Source of the DNA: an uncultured OM43 clade bacterium
GTDB taxonomy: Bacteria; Pseudomonadota; Gammaproteobacteria; Burkholderiales; Methylophilaceae
Direction: 5' to 3'
Assembly (NCBI GenBank): GCA_902558495.1
Contig: CACEEB010000001.1
Location: 5,884-69,883 of the forward strand
DNA length: 64,000 bases
Part shown: piece after piece, positions 49,444-59,633 of the stretch
Layout of the letters: every line of letters begins with the position of its first letter
Numbering within the stretch: the stretch's first letter is position 1
Position numbers and translations under genes: made by a program
The notes under the pieces: generated by a model
The model's input: only the letters and a program-made list of their open reading frames with translations
The model's database searches: none
Told to the model about the DNA's origin: nothing

Positions 49444-50654
49444 ACCATTTTATTTTTTATTTCTTTAGCTTGGTGAGCTTCTCAGTTTTTGCAGCACAGC
49501 AAGTTAAAGAAACAAGGGTATGGCCTTCTCCTGAATATACGAGGATAACCATAGAGTCGAGTAAAGAAATAAAAAAAACTCATATGATGTTAAAAAATCC
49601 TGATCGCATAGTTGTAGATCTTAAAGAAGTTATTATTAACGATGCATTAAAAAAATTGTCACAAAGTGTTCAAGAGCGCGATCCTTCTATTAAAGGAATT
49701 AGAACTGCTCAATTCAAACCATATGTTTCTAGGGTTGTGATTGATCTTAAAGCCATGGCAAGCGTTAAGGTTTTTAATCTTAAACCATTTGGATCTTATG
49801 GCCATAGGCTTGTGATAGATGTGTACCCAAGTAATTTTGACCCACTTGCCAATTTATTAAAACAATTGGAAGAGAAAGATAGCAAACCCAAAGATAAGGT
49901 AATTGACAAGAAGATCGCTAAACCAATCATCCCTAAAAAAGAACTAATTATCATTGCAATTGACGCAGGTCATGGGGGTGAGGATCCAGGGGCTATCGGT
50001 TCAAGAGGTACATATGAAAAACATTTAACATTAAAAATTTCTAAGAAACTAAAAGCCATTATCGATAAAGATAAAGATATGAAAGCCGTATTGATAAGAA
50101 CAAATGATTATTATGTTTCTTTAGGAAAGAGAGTATCCAAAGCAAGAGCTGCGAAGGCAGATTTATTTGTATCTATCCACGCTGATGCTTTTAGAAAAAA
50201 AACTGTAAGAGGCTCCTCGGTATTTGCTCTATCAGAAAAGGGTGCGTCTAGTGCATTCGCAAAATTCATGGCAAATAAAGCGAATGAATCAGATTTAATA
50301 GGTGGCGTAAGCATTGAGAATAAGCAACCAGCTTTAGCTCGGACATTATTAGATTTGTCGCAATCTGCTACGATCAATGATAGTTTAAAATTTGGTAATC
50401 ATGTTTTAAAAGAAATTAAGAAAGTTAATAAACTGCACAAGAAATATGTCGAGCAGGCAGGTTTTGCAGTGTTAAAGGCCCCAGACATTCCATCCATTCT
50501 TATTGAGACTGCTTTTATTAGTAATCCAGCCGAAGAAAAAAAATTATTGTCTGCTGGCTATCAAAATAAAATGGCTAAGAGTATTTATCTTGGCATTAAA
50601 AGTTATTTAAAAACAAAACCATCTATAGCATTTTATTTGAATAATGACCTTTAA
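49422..50654 (+). CDS. amiC: N-acetylmuramoyl-L-alanine amidase (AMIN + Amidase_3)
   Basis: AMIN domain, IDAGHGGEDPGA, SIHADA and ETAFISN. Confidence 0.92.
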   Translation: MHRFIKLNHFIFYFFSLVSFSVFAAQQVKETRVWPSPEYTRITIESSKEIKKTHMMLKNPDRIVVDLKEVIINDALKKLSQSVQERDPSIKGIRTAQFKPYVSRVVIDLKAMASVKVFNLKPFGSYGHRLVIDVYPSNFDPLANLLKQLEEKDSKPKDKVIDKKIAKPIIPKKELIIIAIDAGHGGEDPGAIGSRGTYEKHLTLKISKKLKAIIDKDKDMKAVLIRTNDYYVSLGKRVSKARAAKADLFVSIHADAFRKKTVRGSSVFALSEKGASSAFAKFMANKANESDLIGGVSIENKQPALARTLLDLSQSATINDSLKFGNHVLKEIKKVNKLHKKYVEQAGFAVLKAPDIPSILIETAFISNPAEEKKLLSAGYQNKMAKSIYLGIKSYLKTKPSIAFYLNNDL

Positions 50655-51592
50655 TGAGTTTTAATCCAAAAATTTTTTTACTAGGACCAACTGCATCAGG
50701 GAAAACTGAGCTAACCAAGTTTTGTTATGATAACTTTCAGTTAGAACTGGTTAATGTGGATTCAGCACAAATATATAGAGGTTTTAATATTGGATCAGCT
50801 AAACCTTCTGCAATGGATCTTAAAAAATACCCGCATCATCTTATTGATATTGTTGAGCCAGATACCTCATATTCAGTGTCACATTTTAGGAAAGATGTAG
50901 ATAGTATTTATAAAAATGCAGAAGTTATGAATCGTACCCCTTTTTTAACTGGGGGCACGATGATGTACTTTCATTCATTGGAGTTTCCATTAGATGATAT
51001 TCCACCAACAACTCCCAAAATTCGATTAAAGGTAGAAAAGGAATTATTACAGCTTGGCCTACCTTCTATGTATGAAAAATTGGTTAAAGTTGATTCTATT
51101 GCCGCCAAAAGTATTCATGCAACAGATAAACAAAGAATTTTAAGGGCAATTGAGGTGTTCTATGAATCGGGTAAGCCAATATCTTCTTATTACCAAAAGA
51201 ATAAAGACAATGAATTGCCTCAATATCCTTTACTAAAGTTGGGTCTATACCCCGAGGATAGATCAACTCTTCATGATGCTATTGAAGAAAGAGTAGAAAA
51301 GATGTTAAGGGATGGTTTAGTCAACGAGGTAAAGGGTATTTTAAAAAGGTATCCTAATCTAAATGAGAGCTTCTCTTCATTGAGGTCGGTGGGCTATAAA
51401 CAGACATATTTATATCTTAAGGGAGCATTATCCTACGAAGAATTGAAAGATAAAATTATTTTTTCAACAAGACAGCTAGCAAAAAGGCAATTGACCTGGA
51501 TGCGTAAAATGAAGAATATTGAATTTTTTAATCCTTATGATAAAAAGTTAACATCGAAAATTAAAGAAAGGATTAAAAAATTTCTAGATTAA
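50654..51592 (+). CDS. miaA: tRNA dimethylallyltransferase
   Basis: GPTASGKT, DSAQIYRG, GGTMMY and TRQLAKRQLTW. Confidence 0.96.
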   Translation: MSFNPKIFLLGPTASGKTELTKFCYDNFQLELVNVDSAQIYRGFNIGSAKPSAMDLKKYPHHLIDIVEPDTSYSVSHFRKDVDSIYKNAEVMNRTPFLTGGTMMYFHSLEFPLDDIPPTTPKIRLKVEKELLQLGLPSMYEKLVKVDSIAAKSIHATDKQRILRAIEVFYESGKPISSYYQKNKDNELPQYPLLKLGLYPEDRSTLHDAIEERVEKMLRDGLVNEVKGILKRYPNLNESFSSLRSVGYKQTYLYLKGALSYEELKDKIIFSTRQLAKRQLTWMRKMKNIEFFNPYDKKLTSKIKERIKKFLD

Positions 51593-52443
51593 TAGGCGAG
51601 AACTATAAAGGTATTTCCTTTCTTTTAATCGGCACAGTGGTTTGGGGCTTAATTTGGTATCCTTACCGTGTTCTTGATGATCTTGGATTCTCTGCTATTC
51701 ATTCTAGTTTTTTTATTTTTTCATCTGCAATTGCAGTAAGTCTATTTTTTTACCCGCTAAACAGCTATGAAATTGTTAAGAAAAAAAATTTTTGGATTTA
51801 TGCTTTTGTAGGAGGGGTGACCAATATAGCTTATGCATTGGCGGTTATTGAGGGCGAATTAGTAAGGGTTATGCTACTTTTTTTCTTATCACCTGTATGG
51901 ACACTTCCTTTTACTTTTTTATTCTTGGATGAGGCTATAAAACCCCGCCATGTCCTTGCTGCAACGGTAAGTATTATTGGGGCTTGTATAATTCTGTGGA
52001 AACCAGATATTTTTGTTACTAAAATTGGGCTTGGGGATATGTTTGCAATTATCGGAGGAATTGGTTTTGCATTAACTAATGTGTTGGCTAGAGCTTTTCA
52101 TCAGCTCTCAGTGAAAGAAAAATCATATGCTATTTGGGTGGGTGTCGTCATAATTGCTGGCCTAACGATATTTTTGTTATCCATGGATCTTAAATTTAAT
52201 CAAATAAATCTGTCATCAATGGGATTATTTATATTCGTAGGGATCACATTACTATTGATAACAATGATTATTCAGCATGGACTTAGGCTGGTTGATGCTG
52301 TTCGTGCAAGCCCTATCTTTTTATTTGAAATTATCGTGGTCGCTATTTCAGGTTATTATTTGGCCAATGAGATTTTAACGTTGAAGGATTTGGTTGGAGG
52401 TTTATTTATTATTACTGGAGTTTTGATATCAAGTCGTCAATAA
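51592..52443 (+). CDS. DMT/EamA family transporter (probable ATA start at 51592; the first canonical start is GTG 51637)
   Basis: Multi-TM EamA duplication with WGLIWYPYR. The first TM helix extends upstream of the GTG in an open frame. Confidence 0.8.
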   Translation: MGENYKGISFLLIGTVVWGLIWYPYRVLDDLGFSAIHSSFFIFSSAIAVSLFFYPLNSYEIVKKKNFWIYAFVGGVTNIAYALAVIEGELVRVMLLFFLSPVWTLPFTFLFLDEAIKPRHVLAATVSIIGACIILWKPDIFVTKIGLGDMFAIIGGIGFALTNVLARAFHQLSVKEKSYAIWVGVVIIAGLTIFLLSMDLKFNQINLSSMGLFIFVGITLLLITMIIQHGLRLVDAVRASPIFLFEIIVVAISGYYLANEILTLKDLVGGLFIITGVLISSRQ

Positions 52444-54297
52444 AGATGAGTAGATGTCTTCAAGGTTTTTAACAAATGTTTTTGGCTTAAATAATGAGGA
52501 GTTTGTTCTGCCTCTGGCAATTCTTTTTTTTAATTCCATTAAATCTTTTTCATTGTTTGCAAGATATAGAGCCTTATTAAAATATTCCTTAATATCATTA
52601 GTAATTAAATCATCACAACCTATTTCTTTTAAAATACTCCCCGCCACTCTGCTTGCAAATGTATCTCCTGACATGGTTAAAATAGGGCAGCCTGCCCATA
52701 ATGCATCACTTGCTGAAGTATGTGCATTATAGGGATAAGTATCTAGGAAAAGGTCAATTATTGTGTGTCTAGAGATATGCTCTTGAAACTCAACCTTATC
52801 AGCAAAGATAATGCGGTCTGAATCAATTCCATATTCTCTCGCATATGCCTTTAGGTTTTCATGGGCATGAGCATTAGATTCCAAGAGCCACAAAATAGAG
52901 TTATTTTTATTCTTAAGCAAGTTCAACCATACTTTAAACATATCTTCTGATATTTTTACGGATTGACCAAATGAAGCGAAGATAAATGTTGTATCATCAA
53001 TGCCATAATGAGACTTTTCCATTGCTTTAGGTTGAGGACGATTACCTATATTAGGTTGGTAACAATTTGGTAGTTTAATAATTTGCTCGGCATAAAATGT
53101 TTCTTGATTTTCTGGAATGATATAGTCATCAGATAATAAAAAGTCATACAAGGGTTCTTTATCAAAATATCCCATTGTTCCAGGAAATCCAAGCCAATTA
53201 ATGCTAATCGGGGCAGGTTTATAGGCAGCAATCATAGATCTACTTGACATAGTAAAACCAGATAAATCAATTAAGATATCCACTTTTTCTTCAATAATTT
53301 TATCGCATAACATCTTATCTGACAGTTGACTGATGTCGATAAAATCAGCCTTTAATGATTTAAATTCTTTCATTTCTGCTGAGTTATCATTTTTTCCAGA
53401 ATATAACAGTTTTATTTCAAATTTTTCAAGGTTGTGTAGTTTCAGGATATCGATAATTAAGTAATAAAGAGGGTGCATCCTAAAGTCTGCTGACATATAC
53501 GCAATAGTAATTTTTGCATCTGAACCTTTTGTCGATATTTTTTTACTATTTTCCAAGTCCAAATTGTGAGAATTAATCCATGAATTAGCAATTGCAAGAT
53601 GTTCTTTATTATTAAGATCAGGCATGGACAATGCAGCAAAGGGGGATATTTGGCTGACTTTATGATTTGCGACGTGAACTTTTAATTTTCTAATAAGCTC
53701 AGATATATCATCCCAATCACAAGTATTTTGCTTAAGTTGAATTAATTCTACAATTGTATGAATTTGAGTTTCTTTTAAATCTAATGCTAATTTATAATTA
53801 ATTTTTGCATTAGTGAAATCATTTATTTTTTTTAATGTATTGCCTATGTTGTGGTATGTGTCTGAATCAGATACTAAAGATGATGATTGCTCAAACGATT
53901 CTAAGGCCATTTGAAAATTACTTTGAGCGTAATATGCATTTCCCAAATTATAGAAATGAGATGCATCTTGAGGACAAAAAGAGGTAGCCTCTTCAAACGC
54001 TGCCTGGGCCATACTAAAATTTCTAAGAGCGTGATATTTGTTACCTATTTGACTGAGGCAAAACCCTAAACCAACCTTAATATCCTCATTATCTGGAAAG
54101 CGACGATTTGCTCGCCTAAAACAACCAGCTGCCTCTTCAAATTTATTGCAAAGAGCAAAAACGTTACCAAGCTCTATTTGCAGAAAAAAATTTTTAGGAT
54201 CTTTTTCAAAAGCCTCTTTAAAGAGATTTATAGCTTCATCATATTCTTTTTCGCTCTCTTTTTTTCTAGCTAATTCAATTAAGTCATTACCTTTCAC
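52429..54297 (-). CDS. TPR-containing O-GlcNAc/O-fucose transferase-like protein (GT41, SPINDLY family)
   Basis: N-terminal TPRs, then YMSADFRMHP, DILIDLSGFT, WLGFPGT, DLFLDTYPYNAHTSASDALWAG and FASRVAGS. Confidence 0.92.
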   Translation of the reverse strand: MKGNDLIELARKKESEKEYDEAINLFKEAFEKDPKNFFLQIELGNVFALCNKFEEAAGCFRRANRRFPDNEDIKVGLGFCLSQIGNKYHALRNFSMAQAAFEEATSFCPQDASHFYNLGNAYYAQSNFQMALESFEQSSSLVSDSDTYHNIGNTLKKINDFTNAKINYKLALDLKETQIHTIVELIQLKQNTCDWDDISELIRKLKVHVANHKVSQISPFAALSMPDLNNKEHLAIANSWINSHNLDLENSKKISTKGSDAKITIAYMSADFRMHPLYYLIIDILKLHNLEKFEIKLLYSGKNDNSAEMKEFKSLKADFIDISQLSDKMLCDKIIEEKVDILIDLSGFTMSSRSMIAAYKPAPISINWLGFPGTMGYFDKEPLYDFLLSDDYIIPENQETFYAEQIIKLPNCYQPNIGNRPQPKAMEKSHYGIDDTTFIFASFGQSVKISEDMFKVWLNLLKNKNNSILWLLESNAHAHENLKAYAREYGIDSDRIIFADKVEFQEHISRHTIIDLFLDTYPYNAHTSASDALWAGCPILTMSGDTFASRVAGSILKEIGCDDLITNDIKEYFNKALYLANNEKDLMELKKRIARGRTNSSLFKPKTFVKNLEDIYSSLLTT

Positions 54298-55487
54298 TAA
54301 TTAAACCTTACCCCCTGTTTTTTGATCCCCTGTTTTTTAAAAAATTGTCTTTCTGGGTTAAGGTAGTTTAATATAAATTTATCATCATCATTCAGATTAT
54401 GAGTTATAAGTTTTGCAAGACTCAAAGAAGCCAAAGGAGCAAAACTAAAACCCCTTGATCCATAGCAAGTGTTTATAAAAAGACCTTCATACCAATCTAG
54501 ATCCTCCGCAGAATATTTTATCGGTGATATTAAACTATTCCTTGTCTTCAGCACTCTACCCACAAAGGGTTTTTTATCAAAGCTAGCCGCTCTTTGACCT
54601 ACCCAGTTATTTATTCTATCGTTCAAAAGAGAGTATTTTAAGCTTGGCATTAATTTTTTTAGCTTATTAATATTATTGACTGTATCAGTGTGGGAGGGCT
54701 CAGTATTAAAATTATTTTTTTCATATGAGGAGCCAAATATAATTTTCTTATTAACATCAGGAATTACATACCCATCGTTTGATAAGACTTCCCTAAAGCT
54801 ATTTTTTTTATTGGATAACCAATCAACCTGACCCCTGTACTCATCTAATTTAAGTGCGCTAAAATATTTATAATTTTTTATATTACTTGCCGAGCAAAAT
54901 ATTATATTTTTGGCTGTAAACATTTTTTTATCTTCAGTCAAAATTGTCCAATATCCTTTAATTCTCTCTACTGAAATAATTTTCGAAGAAAATATTTTCT
55001 TAATATTTTTATCTTCGATTAATTTTTTACAAAAGGCCTTTGGGTTGATCCATCCACCTTTTTTAAAATGAAATCCAATATAATCAATAATGCCAAAGCG
55101 TTTTTTTATTATCTCTTGATCAATAAGTTCTACATCATGAGATGTGTAGGATGTATTTTTTATGAGCTTTTCATACCTTGAAATACCATCTTTCATCTCA
55201 TATAGATGAATCGCACCCGCCTTACGAGTATATTCTTCTTTCAAGCCTATTGCTTTTATTAAGCTCCATACATAATCCGTAGATAAAAGCATAAATTTAT
55301 TAAAGTTGGGATCATTAAGCATTATTTTTGGATACACGCATACAGCAGGATTCGAATAAATCTGTATATCATCTTCTTTTTTTTCATCTATGACTGTAAC
55401 ATCGCATCCAGCTTTATTTAAATGATATGCAGTACATGAGCCCGAAATACCTGCTCCAATGACTATCGTTGAATTTTCTTCGATCAT
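54297..55487 (-). CDS. FAD-dependent oxidoreductase, stand-alone C-terminal domain of MnmC
   Basis: VIGAGISG, GGWINP, RGQV, DGYVIP, R...D..P.VG and YGSRG...APL; no methyltransferase domain. Confidence 0.75.
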   Translation of the reverse strand: MIEENSTIVIGAGISGSCTAYHLNKAGCDVTVIDEKKEDDIQIYSNPAVCVYPKIMLNDPNFNKFMLLSTDYVWSLIKAIGLKEEYTRKAGAIHLYEMKDGISRYEKLIKNTSYTSHDVELIDQEIIKKRFGIIDYIGFHFKKGGWINPKAFCKKLIEDKNIKKIFSSKIISVERIKGYWTILTEDKKMFTAKNIIFCSASNIKNYKYFSALKLDEYRGQVDWLSNKKNSFREVLSNDGYVIPDVNKKIIFGSSYEKNNFNTEPSHTDTVNNINKLKKLMPSLKYSLLNDRINNWVGQRAASFDKKPFVGRVLKTRNSLISPIKYSAEDLDWYEGLFINTCYGSRGFSFAPLASLSLAKLITHNLNDDDKFILNYLNPERQFFKKQGIKKQGVRFN

Positions 55488-56693
55488 TTGATTATGTTGC
55501 GATAACGTGGCTTAGTAATATGTATATGTAAATCACTAATAGCTTTTTCCATAAAACCTCCCTCACAGTAACATAGATAAAAAATCCACATTCTAGAAAA
55601 TGACTTATCAAAACCTAGTTTATAAATTTCATTTATATTGGCATTGAAATTTTTGCGCCATTGTCTTAACGTGATTGCGTAATGATGTCCAATATCATCT
55701 ACTTGGTTGATTACCATATCGGTTGAATCAGTGAGGCTATTTTGAATAGCAGTTAGGGACGGTATACAGCTTCCTGGAAATATATATTTTTGAATAAAAT
55801 CAATGGATTTAATTGCTTGCTTGTATCTCTGATCTTTAATCGTAATAGCTTGAATTAGTGCCTCTCCATCTTCTTTTAAAAGATTCGAAATTACTTGAAA
55901 ATAGGAATCATAATATTGATGCCCAACAGCCTCAATCATTTCAATAGAAACAAGCTTGTCATAGGATCCAGAGAGATCTCGGTAATCCTTAAAAAGCACA
56001 GTAACCTTTTTTTCTAGTTTAAGCTTTTTTATTTTTGATTTTACGTACTGAAACTGTTGCTTAGAGATAGTTGTGGTGGTTACATGACAACCATATTTAT
56101 TTGCAGCATAGATAGCAAAGCCCCCCCCAACCAGAGCCAATTTCAATAATTTTATCTGATCTTTTAAGATGTAATTTGCGACATATGATATCTAGTTTAT
56201 TTAAAGAGGCACTCTCAAGACTCATAGATCGACTCTTATATATTCCAGATGAGTACATCATCGTTGGGTCAAGAAATAATGAGAAAAAATCATTACTTAA
56301 ATCATAGTGCTGAGCAATATTTTTTTTGCTACCTTCCAAAGTATTTTTGTTGAGATAGTGCATTATTTTAAAGATGGGTCTTACCAATAATTTAAACCAA
56401 CCTTCCATTTTATCCATGGTTTGCTCATTAATAGCCATAATTTCAATTACTTTGGTTAGATCGGAGGAATCCCAATAGCCTTGGATGTAAGATTCACTAG
56501 AACCTATTGAACCACCAAACAATACATGACGATAAAAAAGAGGATTTTTTACATGGATATTAGCAATAATATCTTTACTGTGACCAAAGGTATATTTTTT
56601 TCTCCCTTCAACAATATTTAACTTTCCATGCTTTATCTTTTTGAGTTGTGAGAATAAAGTTTTCTTTGCAAATGTATCTATAGAATTCTTCAT
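55484..56693 (-). pseudogene. cfa: cyclopropane-fatty-acyl-phospholipid synthase family methyltransferase, frameshifted at a G8 tract (56121-56128)
   Basis: The 5' ORF (NIAQHYDLSNDFF, MMYSS, EIGSGWGG) and the 3' ORF (GGFAIYAA, SIEMIEAVG, YIFPG, YLCYCEGGF) join into one 402-aa protein if one G is removed. Confidence 0.88.
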
Positions 56694-56695
56694 TT

Positions 56696-57427
56696 TTATG
56701 GGTGCGGATAAAATTTAATTCTTTTTACAGCCAAAAAAAATGCATTCCAATATATAAGTATGATCCCTTTTATTGACATTGGCATAGTGAGAAAAAGTAT
56801 TTTGTTAAGTGCCTGAGGAGTCCAAGCCTTTTTGGTTAACTTTAAGGTTGCATTGAAATATAAATTATCATTTTTAATGTTATCCATGGAAACAAATAAA
56901 AAATCTTTGGGTGTTGAAAAAATCCATTTATATGTCATATCCATCGGCATAAATGGTGAGACATGAAAGGCTTTATCAAATTCAAAGTGTTTTGAGGAGG
57001 AGGGCATATCTCGGCAATCATTAACATAGGCATATTTTTCGTTCCAAGGCGTGTTAGTTATATGCGACACAATAGCGACCAACTTGCCCTTTGGATCCTC
57101 GCAATAATAAAAACTGACTGGGTTAAAGCAATATCCAAAATAGCGTATATTGGTAAGAAGATAAATCTTTCCAACATGCTTGTGTTGTAAAGTTTTTATT
57201 AATAATTGGTTTATTGCATCCTTAATTGAAACTTCTTTATCCCCAAAATAATCGGTTCTTTTGAATGTAGCAAGATTTAATTTATTAACACTCCAAAACC
57301 AATTTTTTGCAAATGCATCTTTGATTTCATCAAGATCTATAAAAAGCATATTCACTTTATATTCAAATGTATGCTTTTTGGGTAGAAACCTAGTATGGCT
57401 AATAGTGCCCTTGTAAATGGCATTCAT
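56696..57427 (-). CDS. DUF1365 family protein (UfaO-like)
   Basis: H.RF.P..H.F.Y, FGYCFNPVSFYYC, NTPWNE and KAFHVSPFM. Confidence 0.9.
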   Translation of the reverse strand: MNAIYKGTISHTRFLPKKHTFEYKVNMLFIDLDEIKDAFAKNWFWSVNKLNLATFKRTDYFGDKEVSIKDAINQLLIKTLQHKHVGKIYLLTNIRYFGYCFNPVSFYYCEDPKGKLVAIVSHITNTPWNEKYAYVNDCRDMPSSSKHFEFDKAFHVSPFMPMDMTYKWIFSTPKDFLFVSMDNIKNDNLYFNATLKLTKKAWTPQALNKILFLTMPMSIKGIILIYWNAFFLAVKRIKFYPHP

Positions 57428-58668
57428 TTTACAAATGTGTGGAAATGTTTTACAGCGCTATAGGCGCTTTTAACACCATCCTCATGGAATCCATTACCCC
57501 AATAAGCGCCAGCATAGCTAGTATTCTTAAAACCAGAAATAATACTATGTTTTTTTTGAGCCATAATTCCATCTCGACTAAATTTTGGGTGACTGTATTT
57601 TAACCTCTTAAAAACTTTATCATTTTTAATTGGTTTATTAGGGTTAAGTGTAACTAAAATAGGTTGCTTACTTTTTATATTTTGTAAGATATTCATGTTG
57701 TAAGTCAAAGTTATTGGGTCCTCAGGATTTTTATCAATATTATAATTCCATGCCGCCCAAGCTAACTTATTTTTTGGCATAAATGAACTATCTGTATGCA
57801 ACACCACATCATTACTTACATAAGGCAACGCCCCTAAAATATTCTTTTCATTACTCGTCGCATCATTAAGTAATTCTAATGCCTGATCGCTATGACAGGC
57901 AAAGAAAATATAATCAAAGAATTCCTCAGAGTTTTGATGTGATATTTTTACTTTATTTTCTAATCTAGAAATAGATTTAATCTTTGAATTGAGTTGAATT
58001 TTGCCTCTAAAAGGATGGCATAATTTATTGACATATTGTTTTGAACCCCCACTAATAGTTAACCATTGTGGCCTATCATTGACTGATAACATGCCATGAT
58101 TATGAAAAAAAGTAACAAAAAATTTTGCAGGGAAATTTAACATTGTTTTAATATTGGATGACCAAATGGCAGACCCCATTGGCAAAATATAGTGATCTGA
58201 AAAAAACTTTGAATAATTATTTTGTTTAAGAAATTCTCCCAATGTCTGATTAGAATCATCGTTCAAAAGGGATAAAGATTCTTTATTAAAACGAAGTATT
58301 TCAAAAATCATTTTTATAAAACGCGGTTTAAAAAGATTTTTTCTTTGAGCAAAAAGGGTATTTAGGTTGGTACCGTTATATTCGAGTCGGCTAAGTTCAG
58401 AAAATACACTAAAGCTCATATTGCTTTGTTCATAATCAATTTTTAACTCATCAAGCAATGATGTAAAGAGGGGATATGTCTTTTTATTGAAAACAATAAA
58501 GCCGGTATCTACTGTTATTTCTTTATTTTCTTCAACTGAAATATTGTGTGTGTGAGAATGACCGCCAATTCGACTATCATTTTCAAAGACTTGTATATCA
58601 TGATCTTTATATAGTAAGTGAGCAATTGTATTACCAGATATGCCAGACCCTATGATTGCTATTTTCAC
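57424..58668 (-). CDS. NAD/FAD-binding amine-oxidase-family protein (UfaD-like)
   Basis: IIGSGISG, GGHSHT, VDTGFIVFN, AWAAWNY and GFHEDG. Confidence 0.9.
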   Translation of the reverse strand: MKIAIIGSGISGNTIAHLLYKDHDIQVFENDSRIGGHSHTHNISVEENKEITVDTGFIVFNKKTYPLFTSLLDELKIDYEQSNMSFSVFSELSRLEYNGTNLNTLFAQRKNLFKPRFIKMIFEILRFNKESLSLLNDDSNQTLGEFLKQNNYSKFFSDHYILPMGSAIWSSNIKTMLNFPAKFFVTFFHNHGMLSVNDRPQWLTISGGSKQYVNKLCHPFRGKIQLNSKIKSISRLENKVKISHQNSEEFFDYIFFACHSDQALELLNDATSNEKNILGALPYVSNDVVLHTDSSFMPKNKLAWAAWNYNIDKNPEDPITLTYNMNILQNIKSKQPILVTLNPNKPIKNDKVFKRLKYSHPKFSRDGIMAQKKHSIISGFKNTSYAGAYWGNGFHEDGVKSAYSAVKHFHTFVK

Positions 58669-58673
58669 AAGAT

Positions 58674-59633
58674 TTAACGAGAGATAGGTTTTTTTATCTG
58701 ATTAGTTTCACGTATATCTGTGGAAACAGTTCGAATGTCCCATATAAAACCAAACAAAGACATCATCTTCAGCAGGTAATAAGTTAGATCAACCTCCCAC
58801 CAATAAAAACCTTGCTTAGCAGATCCAGGAAAATGATGATGGTTATTATGCCATCCTTCTCCAAAGGTCAACAAAGCGATGAGAAAGTTGTTTCTGCTGG
58901 AGTCATCTGTATCGTATCTTCTTGTACCCCATAAATGCGCTACAGAGTTCACTAAAAAGGTCGAGTGATAAAGGACTACTGTAGATAAAATAAAACCCCA
59001 GGAAACCAATTGTAAGCCACTCGTATTAAGGTCAGGGTAAAAGGTAAGTAACCATTCTCCAGCTCCATAAAGAATAATGCACGTTAGAATCGGAATAACA
59101 ATATCAAATCTATCGATTAATCTTAACTCAGGATAACGCGAGAGTTCTTTTACCATTTTAGTATGCGTTAAAAAGTTTGCTTTGGTAAGAAACCATCCTG
59201 TATGACTCCAAAAGAAACTATGGGCCTTGGGTGAATGTTTATCATGTATGGTATCGGAGTGCATATGATGCTCTCGATGATGTGCAGCCCACCATATGGG
59301 GCCTCTTTGAACAGCTGACGCACCAATCACAGCAAATATAAATTGCATCAGGCGGCTTGTTTTGAAGGTCTTATGAGAAAAATAACGATGATAAAAACCA
59401 GTTATTGCAAACATTCGAATGGCATACATCATAATAAATACAAAAAAAGCCGTAGAGCTAATTCCAACAAAAAAGACTGAAAAAATCGATAGGTGAATAA
59501 TGATGTACGGAATCACTCTTCCCCAGTCTATCTCCTTACCATGAAGATTTAAATTGAGGTATTTGTTTTCAACTAATTTATTATCAAGCCAGCCAAAAAA
59601 ATAACTTGTAATTAATTTACTTATATTTTTCAT
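58674..59633 (-). CDS. acyl-CoA/acyl-lipid delta-9-type desaturase
   Basis: His boxes HRYFSH, HREHH and GEGWHNNHH. Confidence 0.93.
   Translation of the reverse strand: MKNISKLITSYFFGWLDNKLVENKYLNLNLHGKEIDWGRVIPYIIIHLSIFSVFFVGISSTAFFVFIMMYAIRMFAITGFYHRYFSHKTFKTSRLMQFIFAVIGASAVQRGPIWWAAHHREHHMHSDTIHDKHSPKAHSFFWSHTGWFLTKANFLTHTKMVKELSRYPELRLIDRFDIVIPILTCIILYGAGEWLLTFYPDLNTSGLQLVSWGFILSTVVLYHSTFLVNSVAHLWGTRRYDTDDSSRNNFLIALLTFGEGWHNNHHHFPGSAKQGFYWWEVDLTYYLLKMMSLFGFIWDIRTVSTDIRETNQIKKPISR

Noticed and set aside
54297-56146. The cfa 3' fragment as the missing MnmC methyltransferase domain (fusion or read-through)
   Set aside because: The fragment has clear cfa motifs, completes the upstream cfa half, and is in a different frame with its own stop.
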